Positions 11,204 through 24,044 of a stretch of 64,000 bases of DNA are shown piece by piece (the stretch's first letter is position 1; each line of letters begins with the position of its first letter). The DNA is from Octopus vulgaris. Lineage: Eukaryota. The position numbers were made by a program, and so were the translations under genes. The notes under the pieces are model-generated. The model made no database searches and was not told where the DNA came from. It was given only the letters and a program-made list of their open reading frames with translations. The stretch is taken from positions 13,454,001 to 13,518,000 of the forward strand of contig OX597824.1 in assembly GCA_951406725.2 (NCBI GenBank), read 5' to 3'.

Positions 11204-12047
11204 ATACAACCGTAATATTTTTCCACTCTGTGACATTGTGTTCTTCACATTTGAATTTATTTATTGCATACATATATCTGTGAGTGTTTATGTGATATCC
11301 TCTGAAGCGAAGCATTTAAGTAAATCGAATACTGAAACTTTCAAAGTATCGAGCTTAGAGAATGAATGATATTGTAAACTACGTAAGCGTATAACAACGT
11401 TGAAGCCTTCTCAATAGTGACAATCATTCGGGAACTCTCTCTACATGTTAGTCTCAATGCGCCTCGCTGGGCAGAGTTTGTTTTGACTTCAAGCTGGAAA
11501 CCTGTGATAGATACATTATTTATTTTTATCAATAAATTCCTTCTGTCAGAGGATTAGATCAATTCTTCTAACGTATGGTTATCAAAGACCAATGCTGTTT
11601 CATGCAAGAGAAAGTACTGCGAAACACCCTTTATGGTTTCCGCTCTTTTCTACTTCGGTTGGTTTTACAGATTTTTATTGACAGATGAAGTGATACAGAA
11701 AGGATAGTAAAACTCACCTCAACACAGACAGGCTCATGGAATCACACACACAAACACACACACACATACGTGATGTATGTTTAAATGCATATATGTTTGT
11801 ATATTTACATGTATATATAGATCTACATATATATATACATACATATATATATAATTTTTTTTTCTTCTTGAGAACACATTCTTCGTGGAAGATAGCGATT
11901 TTGACGTCTATATCTAGCATATAGACTGTCCACTTTTAGTGGACAGTCCTTTAAATTTTGTATGTAAAAAATATTTTAATCTTCGGATTTTTTAAATATG
12001 CTAGGCCACTGGTTTTAATTGATTAATATCAATTTCTATCCTCATTC

Positions 12048-12106
<59 letters not shown>

Positions 12107-12127
12107 ATAGAAATATACAAATATCTT

Positions 12128-12639
12128 TTGCTTGTTTCAATTACTGCAATGCAGCCATGCTGGGGCACTGCTTTAAACAGATTTTAGTCTAATAAATCGA
12201 CCCCCGTGCATTTCTTAAGCCTGGTACTATTCTCTTTTCCCGAACCACCAAGTTACGATAAGTTACAATATATAATATATAATGCTAGAACGGGACGATA
12301 CTGCATAGTGCAAAAGATCCCAGGAATGCCATCACGCTTCAGGACCAGCTTCTGCAACGGCCTGGGTTTCAAGGGCCCACAGCTTTTTAATATTCTCCCA
12401 AAGAGTCTGAGGAACTTGCACAAAGTAGATGTAGCGGTTTTTAAATCAAAGCTGGACACCTTCCTGTCAAGAGTCCCAGATGAGCCTACCTCACGGCAAG
12501 AGGTGCAAATGAGAGTATCTATATCAAACTCCATTCTTCACCAAGTGCCACATATTAGACGAGGTTCGTCGTAATAACAGTGTAGCACAAAACGGCGGTG
12601 CATCAGCATGGCCGCAGCTCTGAGCTGAAACTAGAATAT

Positions 12640-12705
<66 letters not shown>

Positions 12706-12935
12706 GTATGTGTGTGTGTGTGTGTATATGTATATATATATGTACAGATGGTCTCACTGACTGAAACTTCAAAGACCCTGGCAATAATATTAATATTCCT
12801 GTTTAAGAATAATAAATTCGTACCAAATCCACTCACAAGTTCTTAATCGGCCCGAGGCTATAGTAGAAGACAATTGCCGAAGGTGCTACGCAGTGGGATT
12901 GAACTAGGAACTACGTAGTTGGAAAGCAAGATTTG
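12128..12935 (-). mobile_element. SINE family A, interrupted by a LINE fragment and a microsatellite
   Basis: Tail at ~12128-12257 and head at ~12820-12935 match the family A consensus. Confidence 0.7.
12280..12638 (+). mobile_element. CR1-group LINE 3' end (ORF2 C-terminus plus 3' UTR)
   Basis: RTGRYC...GPQLFNILPKSLRNL...FKSKLDTFLSRVPDEP fits the CR1/L2-group C-terminal pattern (L[WF]N.LP...FK..LD.FL). The 3' UTR GGCGGTGCATCAGCATGGCCGCAGCTCTGAGCTGAAAC is followed by (TA)n. Confidence 0.85.
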
Positions 12936-13357
12936 AGTACACTGCTCACGTGTCTTCTATATCTACGCAATTCAGTAACACTGATACGGTGGATTATCAG
13001 TCTGAACTCATCCAGATTACGTCAGACAAGTAGAATGCTATCAACTAAAGAGTTCTATAACATGAATTACGTGGAAGCCGATCAGTTATGAGATAGTACT
13101 ATTGAACCGAGCGACAGGTTTTGACGTGCATTTAGCGCGGGACTCTCTTCGACTAAAGTTCATAGAGTAGTTGTACTACGTCCTATGTACTCTTACTTGT
13201 TTTAACGCTAAACACTACGATTATTAGATTGTGTATTACTCTTACAGATTCAGTGTCAGTTTCTCATATCGCGTTCGCGTTCTGCTAATAGTTATTGAAT
13301 TGCAAAGGAGGTGGTGTCGGTCGAGTAGGAGGAGGTAGTCGTGGGTTGTTATGCTTC

Positions 13358-13390
<33 letters not shown>

Positions 13391-13650
13391 ATGTATGTGT
13401 GTATGTATGTATGTATTTATGTATGTATGCATGTATGTACAGATGGTCTCACTGACTGTGTATGTGTGTATGTATGTATGTATGAATGTATGTATGTGTG
13501 TGTGTGTGTGTGTATGTACGTATGTATGTGTGTATGTATGTATGTATGCATGTATGTGTGTATGTATGTATGTATGTATGTATGTGTGTGTGTGTGTGTA
13601 TGTACGTATGTATGTGTGTATGTATGTATGTATGTATGTATGAATGTGTG

Positions 13651-13681
<31 letters not shown>

Positions 13682-13968
13682 TATATGTACGTATGTATGC
13701 ATGCATGTATGTATGTATGTATGTATGTACGTATGTATGTATGTACGTATGTATATATGTATGTATGCATGTATGTACGTATGTATGTATGTATGTATGT
13801 ATGTATGTATGTATGTGTGTACAGATGGTCTCCCTGACTGAAACTTCAAAGATCCTGTCAACAATATTCTTGTTTAAGAATATGTATGTGTGTGTATGTA
13901 TGTATGTATGTATGTGTGTGTGTGTATGTATGTATGTATGTATGTATGTATGTATGTATGTGTGTGTG
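13358..13968. repeat. (TATG)n/(TG)n compound microsatellite with repeated TGTACAGATGGTCTCACTGACTG insert
   Basis: Insert seen at ~12742, ~13436 and ~13818. Confidence 0.85.
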
Positions 13969-14518
13969 AATATTCCTAAATGTTGAATCTTAAGTCTGAT
14001 ATGCCATTTAGTTCTCAGGCTTTCATTATAGTACCTTAACTTTCAACTTTCATTCTATAAACGCTTTCAGTTCACCTGCATTGTTTTCTCTTTTTTTTTT
14101 CTCAGCTATTGAAAATATCCATATTGTGAAATTAATAACAATAATAATAACAACAGCAATTACGACAGTAACAACAGTAGCAGCACTAACGATTATATCA
14201 TACTGCGTCGAAACTTACTTATTATTGTACGCTTATGTAAATATTACATCAAAGAAAAGCGTAATGCGAATGGTAGCAAAGCATTGTCTTCATTCGTGTA
14301 AAAGATCTGTTGAAATGTCAGTCGTTAATGCTTCTTAAACTGCATAAATCACAGATCAGTGACATCGTTATTATCTCACGATTTTCAACGACACTTATTA
14401 TTATCATTATTATTCAGTAGTTTTATTTTTATCATGTGCGCTACACTACCGAGCGCAGCTCTGCGTTCCTTGGGTATGTGCTGTAGTTTGTAGTGATGCT
14501 CTTATCAGTATTATTAAC

Positions 14519-14737
14519 GTGGCAGAGTCGTTAGCACGCCGGGCGAAATGCGTAGCCGTATTTCGTCTGCCGTTACGTACTGAGTTCAAATTCCGCCGAG
14601 GTCGACTTTGCATTTCCAACTCTCGGGGTCGATAAATAAAGTACCAGCTTCGCACTGGGTCGATGTAATCGACTTAATCCCTTTGTCTGTCCTTGTTTGT
14701 CCCTTCTATGTTTAGCCCTTTGTGGGTAGTAAAGAAA

Positions 14738-14738
<1 letters not shown>
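14519..14738 (+). mobile_element. SINE family B (B1)
   Basis: Matches the 3012-3246 copy and ends GTAAAGAAATA followed by (TTA)n. Confidence 0.88.
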
Positions 14739-14786
<48 letters not shown>

Positions 14787-15336
14787 GAGTGAGAGAGCAG
14801 TGCATACCATCAAAGGGACACTGGGGTGAAATATAGGAAGCCCACTATACTCATCATGACTACCCGTCGGATAAACGTACACTAGGCACATGCATCGCAA
14901 CCATATGTGCGCGACATGGTGATCTCATATCAAGATAAACAGCGCATGACCTTGCAGGTGGGGCCCAATTAGAATTTTCTTCTGGTCGAGTAACTCATCC
15001 TGCTCAAAAGGTCCCTGAATAAGGGTTGTTTAAGGATGTTGAAAGAAACACCCATGTTTCCAAAGGGGAATTATTCAAACCCGAAAGAATCCCTCTCAAC
15101 ACATGGCTATGATAATCCCCACTATTCCTGATCGGGATCAGAGATGCACATATCGTCAGCCACTAAGGATCATGTTCAACTGGTTAAGGTCAAACAACTG
15201 ACAAGCAAATCTGTGGTATTGAGCAGAATATTTGCTGTAGCCCATCTTTTATACCAAGACAAAACAATGTACATAACACTTCAATCAGTTAAGATCAGAA
15301 GCCATGAGTACCACTGCCTGGTACTGCATTAGGGCA
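14787..15336 (-). mobile_element. Family D ~550-bp non-coding repeat flanked by (AAT)n, copy 1
   Basis: Colinear with 15398-15952, and both ends abut (ATT)n. Orientation is inferred from the terminal fragment at 23830-23902. Confidence 0.8.
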
Positions 15337-15397
<61 letters not shown>

Positions 15398-15952
15398 GAG
15401 TGAGCGAGCAGAGCATGCCATCAAAGTGACACTGGGGTAAAATATACGAAGCCCAGTATACCCATCATGACTACCCGTCTGATAAGGGTACACCAGGCAC
15501 ATGCATCACAGCCATATGTGCGCGACATGGTGATCTCATATCAAGATAAACAGCACATGACCTTGCAGGTGGGGCCCAGTTAGAATTTTCTTCAGATCGA
15601 GTAACCCATCCCGCTCAAAAGGTCCCTGAATAAGGGTTGTTTAAGGACGTTGAACGAAACACCCATGTTTCCAGAGGTGAATTATTCAAACCCCAAAGAA
15701 TCCTTCTCAACACATGGCTATGATGCTCCCCCACTACTTCTGCTCGTGATCAGAGATGCACATATCGTCAGCCACTAAGGGACATGCTCAACTGGTTAAG
15801 GTCAAACAACTGACAAGCAAATCTGTGGTATTGAGCAGAATATTTGCTGCAGCCCATCTTTTATACCAAGACAAAACAATGTACATGATAACACTTCCAA
15901 TCAGTTAAGATCAGAAGCCATGAGAGCCACTGCCTGGTACTGCATCAGGGCA
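15398..15952 (-). mobile_element. Family D repeat, copy 2
   Basis: Same termini as copy 1 (GAGTGAG...CAGGGCA on +), separated from it by ~60 bp of (ATT)n. Confidence 0.8.
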
Positions 15953-15981
15953 TTATTATTATTATTATTATTATTATTAGG

Positions 15982-16026
<45 letters not shown>

Positions 16027-16486
16027 ATTATTAATATTACAATATTGCTTACATGCAACAACACACATAATTTCTTACGTAAACAAAGTACTTTAAGGTT
16101 TATAAAGTACATATGCAAAAAATATTCGATATTCGTGCTTTTGCGGGTGTCAAAGATACCGTGACATTAGAAAAGATATTCACGTTGAACACGTAATTGC
16201 AGTGCAACCATTGACATGCGCACACGCTAACGCTCAGAGTTAAACAAAAGTGCATGCGGAATGACCTCCTTCGAAGAGCCAAAACATTGATTTTTCCACA
16301 GCAGAAAGTATATTAAAGCGCATGTATACTTTTGTGAATTACGTGTTTCTTTTACATTAGGCAAGAATGTACATTACTTACAGTTCCAGTGGGATTTGAA
16401 GGCGAAATCCTTCTGCCATGATCGTAGCGTGCGTACACGCGAGTATGTGTACGTATATATGTGAATATACGAATATATATATATTA

Positions 16487-16862
16487 CTAGCAGTATCGCC
16501 CGGCGTTGCTCGGGTTTGTAAGGGAAATAACTATACAGCATTTTTAGAGAGTTATAGCCAAAAAATAGCAAAAAATGCATTAAAAATGGAAAAAATATGA
16601 TGGTAAATTTTTTTTTTAAATCGTTGACTCATCGTAGACACTTTTAGAAAAATATGCATGAAAATGGAAAAAAATGATGGTAAATTATTTTTAAAATCGT
16701 AGACTCATCGTAGACGTGCGCTAATACCCAGAAGGGCTCGATATGAATCACGACTATAAGATACCCGGTTTTGGTTAAACTGCACCGCAAAATGTGAGAG
16801 TAGTTAGGAATCTAAATCGAAGGGGACAGACACTCACACAACTACAGTTTTATATATAAAGA
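16487..16862 (-). mobile_element. Non-autonomous Helitron
   Basis: The minus strand starts A|TCTTTATATATAAAA and ends with hairpin CCCGAGCAACGCCGGG, then CGATACTG-CTAG|T. This gives 5'-TC, a subterminal hairpin, CTAG-3' and an A|T target without TSD. Confidence 0.85.
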
Positions 16863-17124
16863 TGTACGTAAACGTCTACAGTCACACACACACACACGCA
16901 CACACAAACACACATACATATATACAGAGATACAAAAAAGGAGAATGTTTACGTCGCGTAAAATTGAGAGAAAAATAATTCTACACATGTAATCCAGTTT
17001 AATGTTTTCATACAGAGACCATGACGATGATGGCAGTGCGTGGGCGGATGGGTGAGTGAGTGAGCGTGTGTCCATGTGTATGCTCTTCATTCATTTATCC
17101 TTTCCAAATATGTAATATGTTGTC

Positions 17125-17279
17125 AGACGTAGGAGTTGGTGTGTGGTAAATAGCTTGCTTACGAACCATATGGTTTCGGGTTCAGTCCCACTGCGTGGCA
17201 CCTTGGGCAAGTGTCCCTCTACTATAGTCTCGGGCCGACCAAAGCCTTGTGAGTAGAGGGAAAGTGAAAGAAACCCGTC

Positions 17280-17323
<44 letters not shown>

Positions 17324-17727
17324 GAGTGTATTTTTACCTTGTTAACAATTAACACGGAAAAATAAATAAATAGTTACAAGGGCAGCAAAAATCTCACAAG
17401 TAAAGGTGTTGTAACTCCTTGTTTATAAAGGTAGAAACTTCGTGTTTACGTTGAATATTTGAATAATATGAATAAAAAATGGTGTGTCGAAAGTAAAAAT
17501 ATTTGTTTACACCTGCGTTAACTCCATTTTTTATTCATATATATATATATGTATATATATATATTTGTGTGTGTGTATACTTTTGTGGGTCTGTTTGTCC
17601 CCGCAACATCGCTTGACAACCGATACTGGCGTGTTTACGTCCCCGTAACTTAGCGGTTCAGCCAAAGAACCGACAGAATAAGTATGGCAATAGTCAAATG
17701 ACTGAAACAAGTAAAAGAGTAAAAGAG
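17125..17727 (+). mobile_element. SINE family A with an insertion in its internal (TA)n
   Basis: Head 17125-17280, tail ~17575-17727, foreign insert ~17318-17540. Confidence 0.8.
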
Positions 17728-18499
17728 ACGTGGCTGTTTGACAACGAGATTACATCCCAAAGCCCTGGTTGCACGTTCAATCTCACAAATGTTTTTTTTT
17801 TTCCTACTATAGCCCCGAGCCGATTAATGCCTCATAACTGGATCTAGTAGGCGCTTCTGAATCAACGAAGCATTACAGAAAAGACGAGCAGTTACAAAAT
17901 AATAGCTTTCAACACATGTCACAAATACGCTTATTTTCGTGTCTACATGTGTTTGTGAGAGTATGCGCGCGCGTGTGTGTGTGTGTGTGTGCGTGTGTGT
18001 CTTTGTGTGAGTGTGTGTGTGTGGATTTCTGCGCAATGTCTAATTGAGAATCAAGGTTACAAATTTGATGGAAGGGTTGTCAGTTTCTTGAATGAGATCG
18101 AGTGTATTCAGTAATCATATTCAATGTCGACCTCAGTGAAATATGAGCTCGCTAAGTGAAGAAACGTTTTAGAATGACGTAAAGTATCTAGTCCGGATGT
18201 ATGTGTAATCATATCATTAAGAACTTAATAACACCGTTTCACGTTATAGAAAATCGAAGATGATATCGACCCCCGAAGACACATTTTCTTGTTTGCGACA
18301 TGTGACCTAATTTGACCTTTTGATTTCGTATTCATTCGGTTTCTGACACGTTTTGAATGCAATGAAAATATTATTGAATAAAATGCACACATATATATTG
18401 CATATGTATATCCTACACAACACGCAAGCACGCGTGCACACACGCAACGAGAACCACACCCATACACACGCACACACACACAAATACACACACATTATA

Positions 18500-18870
18500 A
18501 GCGCAGACGTGGCTTTGTGATAAGAAGCTTGCTTCCCAACAACACGGTTCTGGGTTCAGCCCCACCGTGTGGGGCTTTGGACAGGTGTCTTCTAATATAG
18601 CCCCGGGGCGACGGACACCTTGTGAGTGGATTTTGTAGACGGAAACTGAAGGAATCCCGTCGTGAATATGTGTGTATGTGTGAGCGTGCGTATTTTTGTG
18701 TCTGTGTTTGTAACCCTACCGCTTGATAACCGGTATTGGTACGTTTACGTCCATATAACGTAACGGTTCGGCAGAAAATATCGATAGAATAAGTACCATG
18801 CTCATAAAATATATTCACGGAGGTCGATTCATTCGACTAAATATTCTTCAAGGCGGTACCCTAGCATGGT
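18500..18870 (+). mobile_element. SINE family A, diverged
   Basis: Matches the 35102 copy along its length. Confidence 0.8.
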
Positions 18871-18990
18871 TAGGTGATGTAAAAGATGATATATACAGAC
18901 ATGTATTTTAGCTACTCCATAATATACATTAAGTACATTAAGATTTTTATTATACGCTGTATAATACATTACTTACACAAACTCTCTCTC

Positions 18991-19199
18991 TCTTTACTTG
19001 TTTCAGTCATTTGACTGTGGCCATGCTGGAGCACCGCCTTTAGTCGAGCAAATCGACCACAGGACTTATTCTTTGTAAGCCTAGTACTTTATCCGTCTTG
19101 TTTTGCCAAACCGCTACGTTACGGGGACGTAAACACGCCAGCATCGGTTGTCAAACGATGCTGGGGGAACAAACACAGACACACAAAAACACATACACC

Positions 19200-19249
<50 letters not shown>

Positions 19250-19404
19250 CGACGGGCATCTTTCAGTTTCCGTCTACCAAGTCCACTCACGAGGCTTTGG
19301 TTGGGCTGAGGCTATAGTAGAAGACACTTGCCCAAGGTGCCACGCAGTGGGACTGAACCCGGAACCATGTGGTTGGTCAGCAAGCTACTTACCACACAGC
19401 CACT
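18991..19404 (-). mobile_element. SINE family A
   Basis: Reverse complement of the 35102 copy. Confidence 0.9.
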
Positions 19405-20037
19405 ATGTTTTCATGAAGAAAGACAGAGATAGAGAGAGGGGGAAAGACAGGCAAGAAGATGTAGAGACAGATAAAAAAATTGTGTTTTTTATGTTTTTAT
19501 CAAATAGACAAATGTGACCTACTAAGGAAATTACTCAGTTTAAATTCCATATTTTTCTTTCATGTGGCTTTGTCGTTTACAAAAATCAAGACTAATATCT
19601 GCGTTTACTAATTTATTCCACCAACGTATCACATATATATTAACTTACGTAGACAACACTTGGACTGTTTTTTCTTCTTGTTTTTTTTTTTTTTAATTAG
19701 CACAAACGAATTTAGATACCTATATGCTACTATTTTCAGCGTGGTCAGGAAAAATCTGTAGGATATCTGTGAAGACCGGATGTACATCTCTCAGCCAATC
19801 AGATAAATCGACTTTGCAGTCCAGAATAGGTTAAGGAAAATATTGTTTAACTACAGTATATAGTTTTCACAATCAGGCGACAAATAATTGAAGCAGCACT
19901 TTACCTTACATATATCTTGTGTTTCTATTAATTTATAGATACACACATACACCCACTCCCACCCCCACACACGTACACGTACACACACACACACTTACAG
20001 ACAGAGGATGGCATTCATGTATATATTGATAAGTTAG

Positions 20038-20110
<73 letters not shown>

Positions 20111-20171
20111 ATTTGTGTATGTATTAATATATACCTACATGCATCTATACATCAATATTTGTCAAACTCTC

Positions 20172-20228
<57 letters not shown>

Positions 20229-20533
20229 TTGTGTTGTGGTTGCGTGGTTAGTAGCTTGCTTACCAACCACATGGTTCCGGGTTTAGTCCCATTGCGTGGC
20301 ACATTGCGCAAGTGTCTTCTACTATAGCCTCGGCGCGACAAAAGCCTTGTACGTGGATCTGATAGACGGAAACTGACAGAAGCCTGTCGTATATATATAT
20401 ATATATATCAAACTGGCACCCATTACGATGAGGAAGACACTTGCCCAAGGTGCCACGTAGTGGGACTGAACTCGGAATTATGTAGTTGGTAAGCAAGCTA
20501 CTTACCACACAGCCACTTCTGCGCCTATACATA

Positions 20534-21740
20534 CAGGGTGCGTAAGGTATTTGAGGACATATCTTTTTGGGTCATTCCTGTATTTTTTGCTAATTTTGTT
20601 TAATGTTTCTTTCACAAAATTATAATGCCAGACCATGAGCTTACTCAAAAAAATGAATAGGCATTCTGTTATTGTGGTTATAAAGGGTGAGCATAGCGAT
20701 TTAGGAATTTTTCGATTTTTAAAAGTTTCCAAGGAGCTAGAGACTGAAGATGGAAATGTATCACCAATATCAAAGCATAAAAAACATTCTAAGCGCTCTG
20801 AAATCATTAGAACACCTGAATTTATCTAAGTTCAACAGACCAACTCCCGGAAAGGCCATGAGGTCAATTGCAAAATATCTCCATGCGTCAGAAGGAACAG
20901 TCAGAAATATTGACCACGAAGACGTCTGATATAAGTCTTATATGATGGGGAAAGGTTAATTTTTCAGCAAAACAAAAGAAATTCACTACATCAGATCTAA
21001 AGGACTCGAAAACAAACTGAAAAACCAGCAGAAGATTTGATTTGGTTTTTCTCAAACGAGAAAAATTCCATCAAGATTAAAAAGTTATCAGAAGAAATGA
21101 CAGATGGTTATGTGCAGACCCTTCTGAAGTGCGAAGTGTTATGCATACAAAATTTCCTGCAACTATTTTAGGGGTTGTCAGCAATGAAGTACATGTGATG
21201 CCTCTTTACTTCTTTCCACAAAGCCTTAGTGTTAACTCTGCCGCCTACATTGATGTCCTGGAAAGAATTGTTAAGTCCTGGATAGACAGTGTATGCAATG
21301 GAAGGCCATATGTGCTTCAGTAAGACTCTGCACTATCACACATAGCTCTACAGGAATGAATGAATGAAAAATTTCATTATCACATAAACCCCAATATTTG
21401 GCCTCCGTGTTCCCCAGATCTCAATCCATTGGAGTATTACATGTGGAGCGTTGTTGAGAGAGAAATCAATGAACACTCCCATAACACCAAAGATTCTATG
21501 ATAGCTACCATAGTCAGAGTAATGTCCAAAAGGAACCAGGACCACTTGTTTAGAGCATGTAGATGATTTAGATCTCATATAGAAGAAGTTGCTGCAGCTG
21601 ACGGTGGCTTTATTGAATAGCATTATAGAAAAGTTTAGTTTTATCCTCATAGCATTTTTTGATAAATAAAGTTATTATCTATTATTATAAATCTGTTTTT
21701 GATAAACATAAATCTGTCTTCACATATATTACGCACCCTG
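20534..21740 (+). mobile_element. Tc1/mariner DNA transposon (maT/DD37D-like), full-length but decayed
   Basis: TIRs CAGGGTGCGTAA..TAT.TGA.GACA at both ends, TA TSDs at 20532-33 and 21741-42, length ~1.2 kb. Confidence 0.92.
20635..21620 (+). pseudogene. Transposase pseudogene with frameshifts and stops
   Basis: Fragments IWFFSNEK, GVVSNEVHVMP.YFF..SVNSAAYIDVL..GRPYVLQ*DSA.SH and WPPCSPDLNPLEYYMWS are Tc1/mariner catalytic-domain motifs. Confidence 0.88.
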
Positions 21741-21947
21741 TACGATATATATATGTGTGTGTGTGTGTGTGTATGTCTGTACTCATAAGTGTATGTAGAC
21801 ATTTGTGTTTGTGTTTCTGTTGCGAAAAGTCTTTACGAATGTTTGTATGTATACCGTCACACAGATCCACACATTCACGTGTGCACCAATACATGCTCAC
21901 GCGCATTTCCTCTCTCTCACACACGCACATAAACAGACACGCATATG

Positions 21948-21978
<31 letters not shown>

Positions 21979-22061
21979 ACACACAGACACACGCATACGC
22001 ACACACACACACTTACTGACTTCGAATCGATTTCAACTCATTTATTCTTCATTTATGTCTA

Positions 22062-22192
22062 TTTCTTCTTCTTCTTCTTCAGTCTTCAGTCTTCTTCTTC
22101 TTCTTCTTCTTCTTCTCCTCCTCCTCCATCTTCTTTTTCTTGTTCTTCTTCTTCTTCTTCCTCTCCACCATCTCCACCTCCTTCTTCTTCCT
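22062..22192. repeat. (TTC)n/(TCC)n pyrimidine tract
   Basis: Directly visible. Confidence 0.9.
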
Positions 22193-22767
22193 CCAGTTCT
22201 TTCAACTCCTCTACTTTATTCTCTTCTCGTCTGCATTCAAAACCAGCTTATATGCTACCTAGTTTTCTCTCAATCAACTTTCAATGTTAAACGTCCATTG
22301 ATTATCGGATAAAAAAACATAAAGAGAGCCGTTTAACTTGATAACACAAAGACAGACATTTCTTCAGTAAATCCTACACGTGAGCTAGACAATTATTTAC
22401 TCTATTTTGTCTTCCATTAAAAGGCTTGATTATGTCTTTTATGACTGGCCATTAAAACACCAAGCTGCTTTTTACTCTTCGCATTTCGATTCTTTCTTCA
22501 ATAAATGACCCTGCATCGGGAATCGAAACTAAACAGAAGTTAGCAAACTTGGCAGTTTATACTGTCTGATTGTCCTGATTTGGTTGTTTGTCTCGTTTAC
22601 TATGCTTTGTTGCTTTGTTATTATTATTATTTTTATTATTGTTATTCTTTTATTTTACCCCTTTACATCTTGTTGTTGTAATTCTTCTTCTTCTTCTGCT
22701 TCTTTTTCTTCTAAATTCAATATTGCGTCCTCCTTTTGAAATTCCTACTTTGAAAGCTGATGATGTT

Positions 22768-22807
<40 letters not shown>

Positions 22808-23059
22808 TTAATAACAATAATGATGATAATAATGATAATAGTAATAATGATGATGATGGTGGTGGTGATTTCTTTTACTGACCATAAGTGCCCAAGACGT
22901 TGAGGACAACACAATGAGAACAACAACAACGATGAAGTTGATGTTGATGATGATGATGATGATGCTGATATTCTATGTCTGATAAATATAGAAATATGAC
23001 TAAATGATGTAACCAAAATAAAAGAAACCCCGAAACAAGCTAACCCCCACTAAATCACA

Positions 23060-23420
23060 ATGAACCCGTCGGAGGAAAAGCGATAACGACTCAGTGAACA
23101 AAACAAACAGTTTGGCTCCAAGCCAAAACTATTTATCAAGAAGTTTGAAAAAAAACAACCAATGGCTCGCGAAGACCAAGAGAAAAATATCTGGAGTGAA
23201 GTATGGTCAGTAATGGAATATCTACGGAGAAGTCTGTTCAAACAAACAAACCCAGAATCTGGTCAATCTTTGTAGATCATAGCAATAGAAAATATCAGCA
23301 GATTCACTGCAAATAAACAAATGGAAAATAGCAAGACAGAGAAAGACCCTGCACTTCTAGTATACTAGTATACTGAAGTGTTAACCGAGATTCTTAATAA
23401 GATATTGACATAACTGGAGG
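23060..23420 (+). mobile_element. Possible R4/Dong-clade LINE remnant (region upstream of RT)
   Basis: QNKQFGSKPKLFIKKF...KNIWSEVWS...WKIA...LTEILNKIL resembles the R4 pattern N..F....K.FY...FW..IW...NWKAPG...LN.IL. Highly degenerate. Confidence 0.45.
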
Positions 23421-23829
23421 TAACGCTGGAAAAATCTTTTTCTAGGGCTCTAACAATTCTGCCAGCTTGCCGCCTAATGATGCTGCTGCAGATGATGATG
23501 ATAGTGATGATGCTGATGGTGATAGTGATGATGAAGATGATGATGATGATGGTGGTGATTGTTATCATTTGCAAAAGCTCAGTTTCACTTTGGAGGGCTG
23601 TACTTGCTTACATCATCCTGAAGGACTTAATATCTTAGTGCGGAAAGAAAAACGCGATGTAAGCGTCTGCAGGATTCGAACCCGAGCCTTAAAATTCCGT
23701 AAATTTTAAGACCCAAGCATGGCATTTAGCCAACTGCTATAACGATTCTGCCATATGAACAATATTGCTGTTGCGTCTATGACGGGATTTATAGTGCAAG
23801 AAGAGGAGGATGCCGATATCCAGAAACCC

Positions 23830-23902
23830 CGATGATGGGTATACTGGGCTTCGTATATCTTACCCCAGTGCCCCTTTGATGGCATGCACTGCTCCCTCAC
23901 TC
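23830..23902 (+). mobile_element. Terminal fragment of family D followed by (AAT)n
   Basis: ATGATGGGTATACTGGGCTTCGTATAT..TACCCCAGTG..CTTTGATGGCATGCACTGCTCCCTCACTC is the reverse complement of 15398-15470. Confidence 0.8.
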
Positions 23903-23944
<42 letters not shown>

Positions 23945-24044
23945 CTTTTACTCGTTTCAGTCATTTGACTGCGGCCATTCTGGAGCACTGCATTTAGTCG
24001 AGGTCTTATTCTTTGTAAGCCTAGTGCTTATTCTATCGGTCGGG

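Noticed and set aside
21659-22312. 217-aa ORF with poly-Ser/Leu
   Set aside because: It spans a transposon end, CA repeats and a TTC tract; low-complexity artefact.
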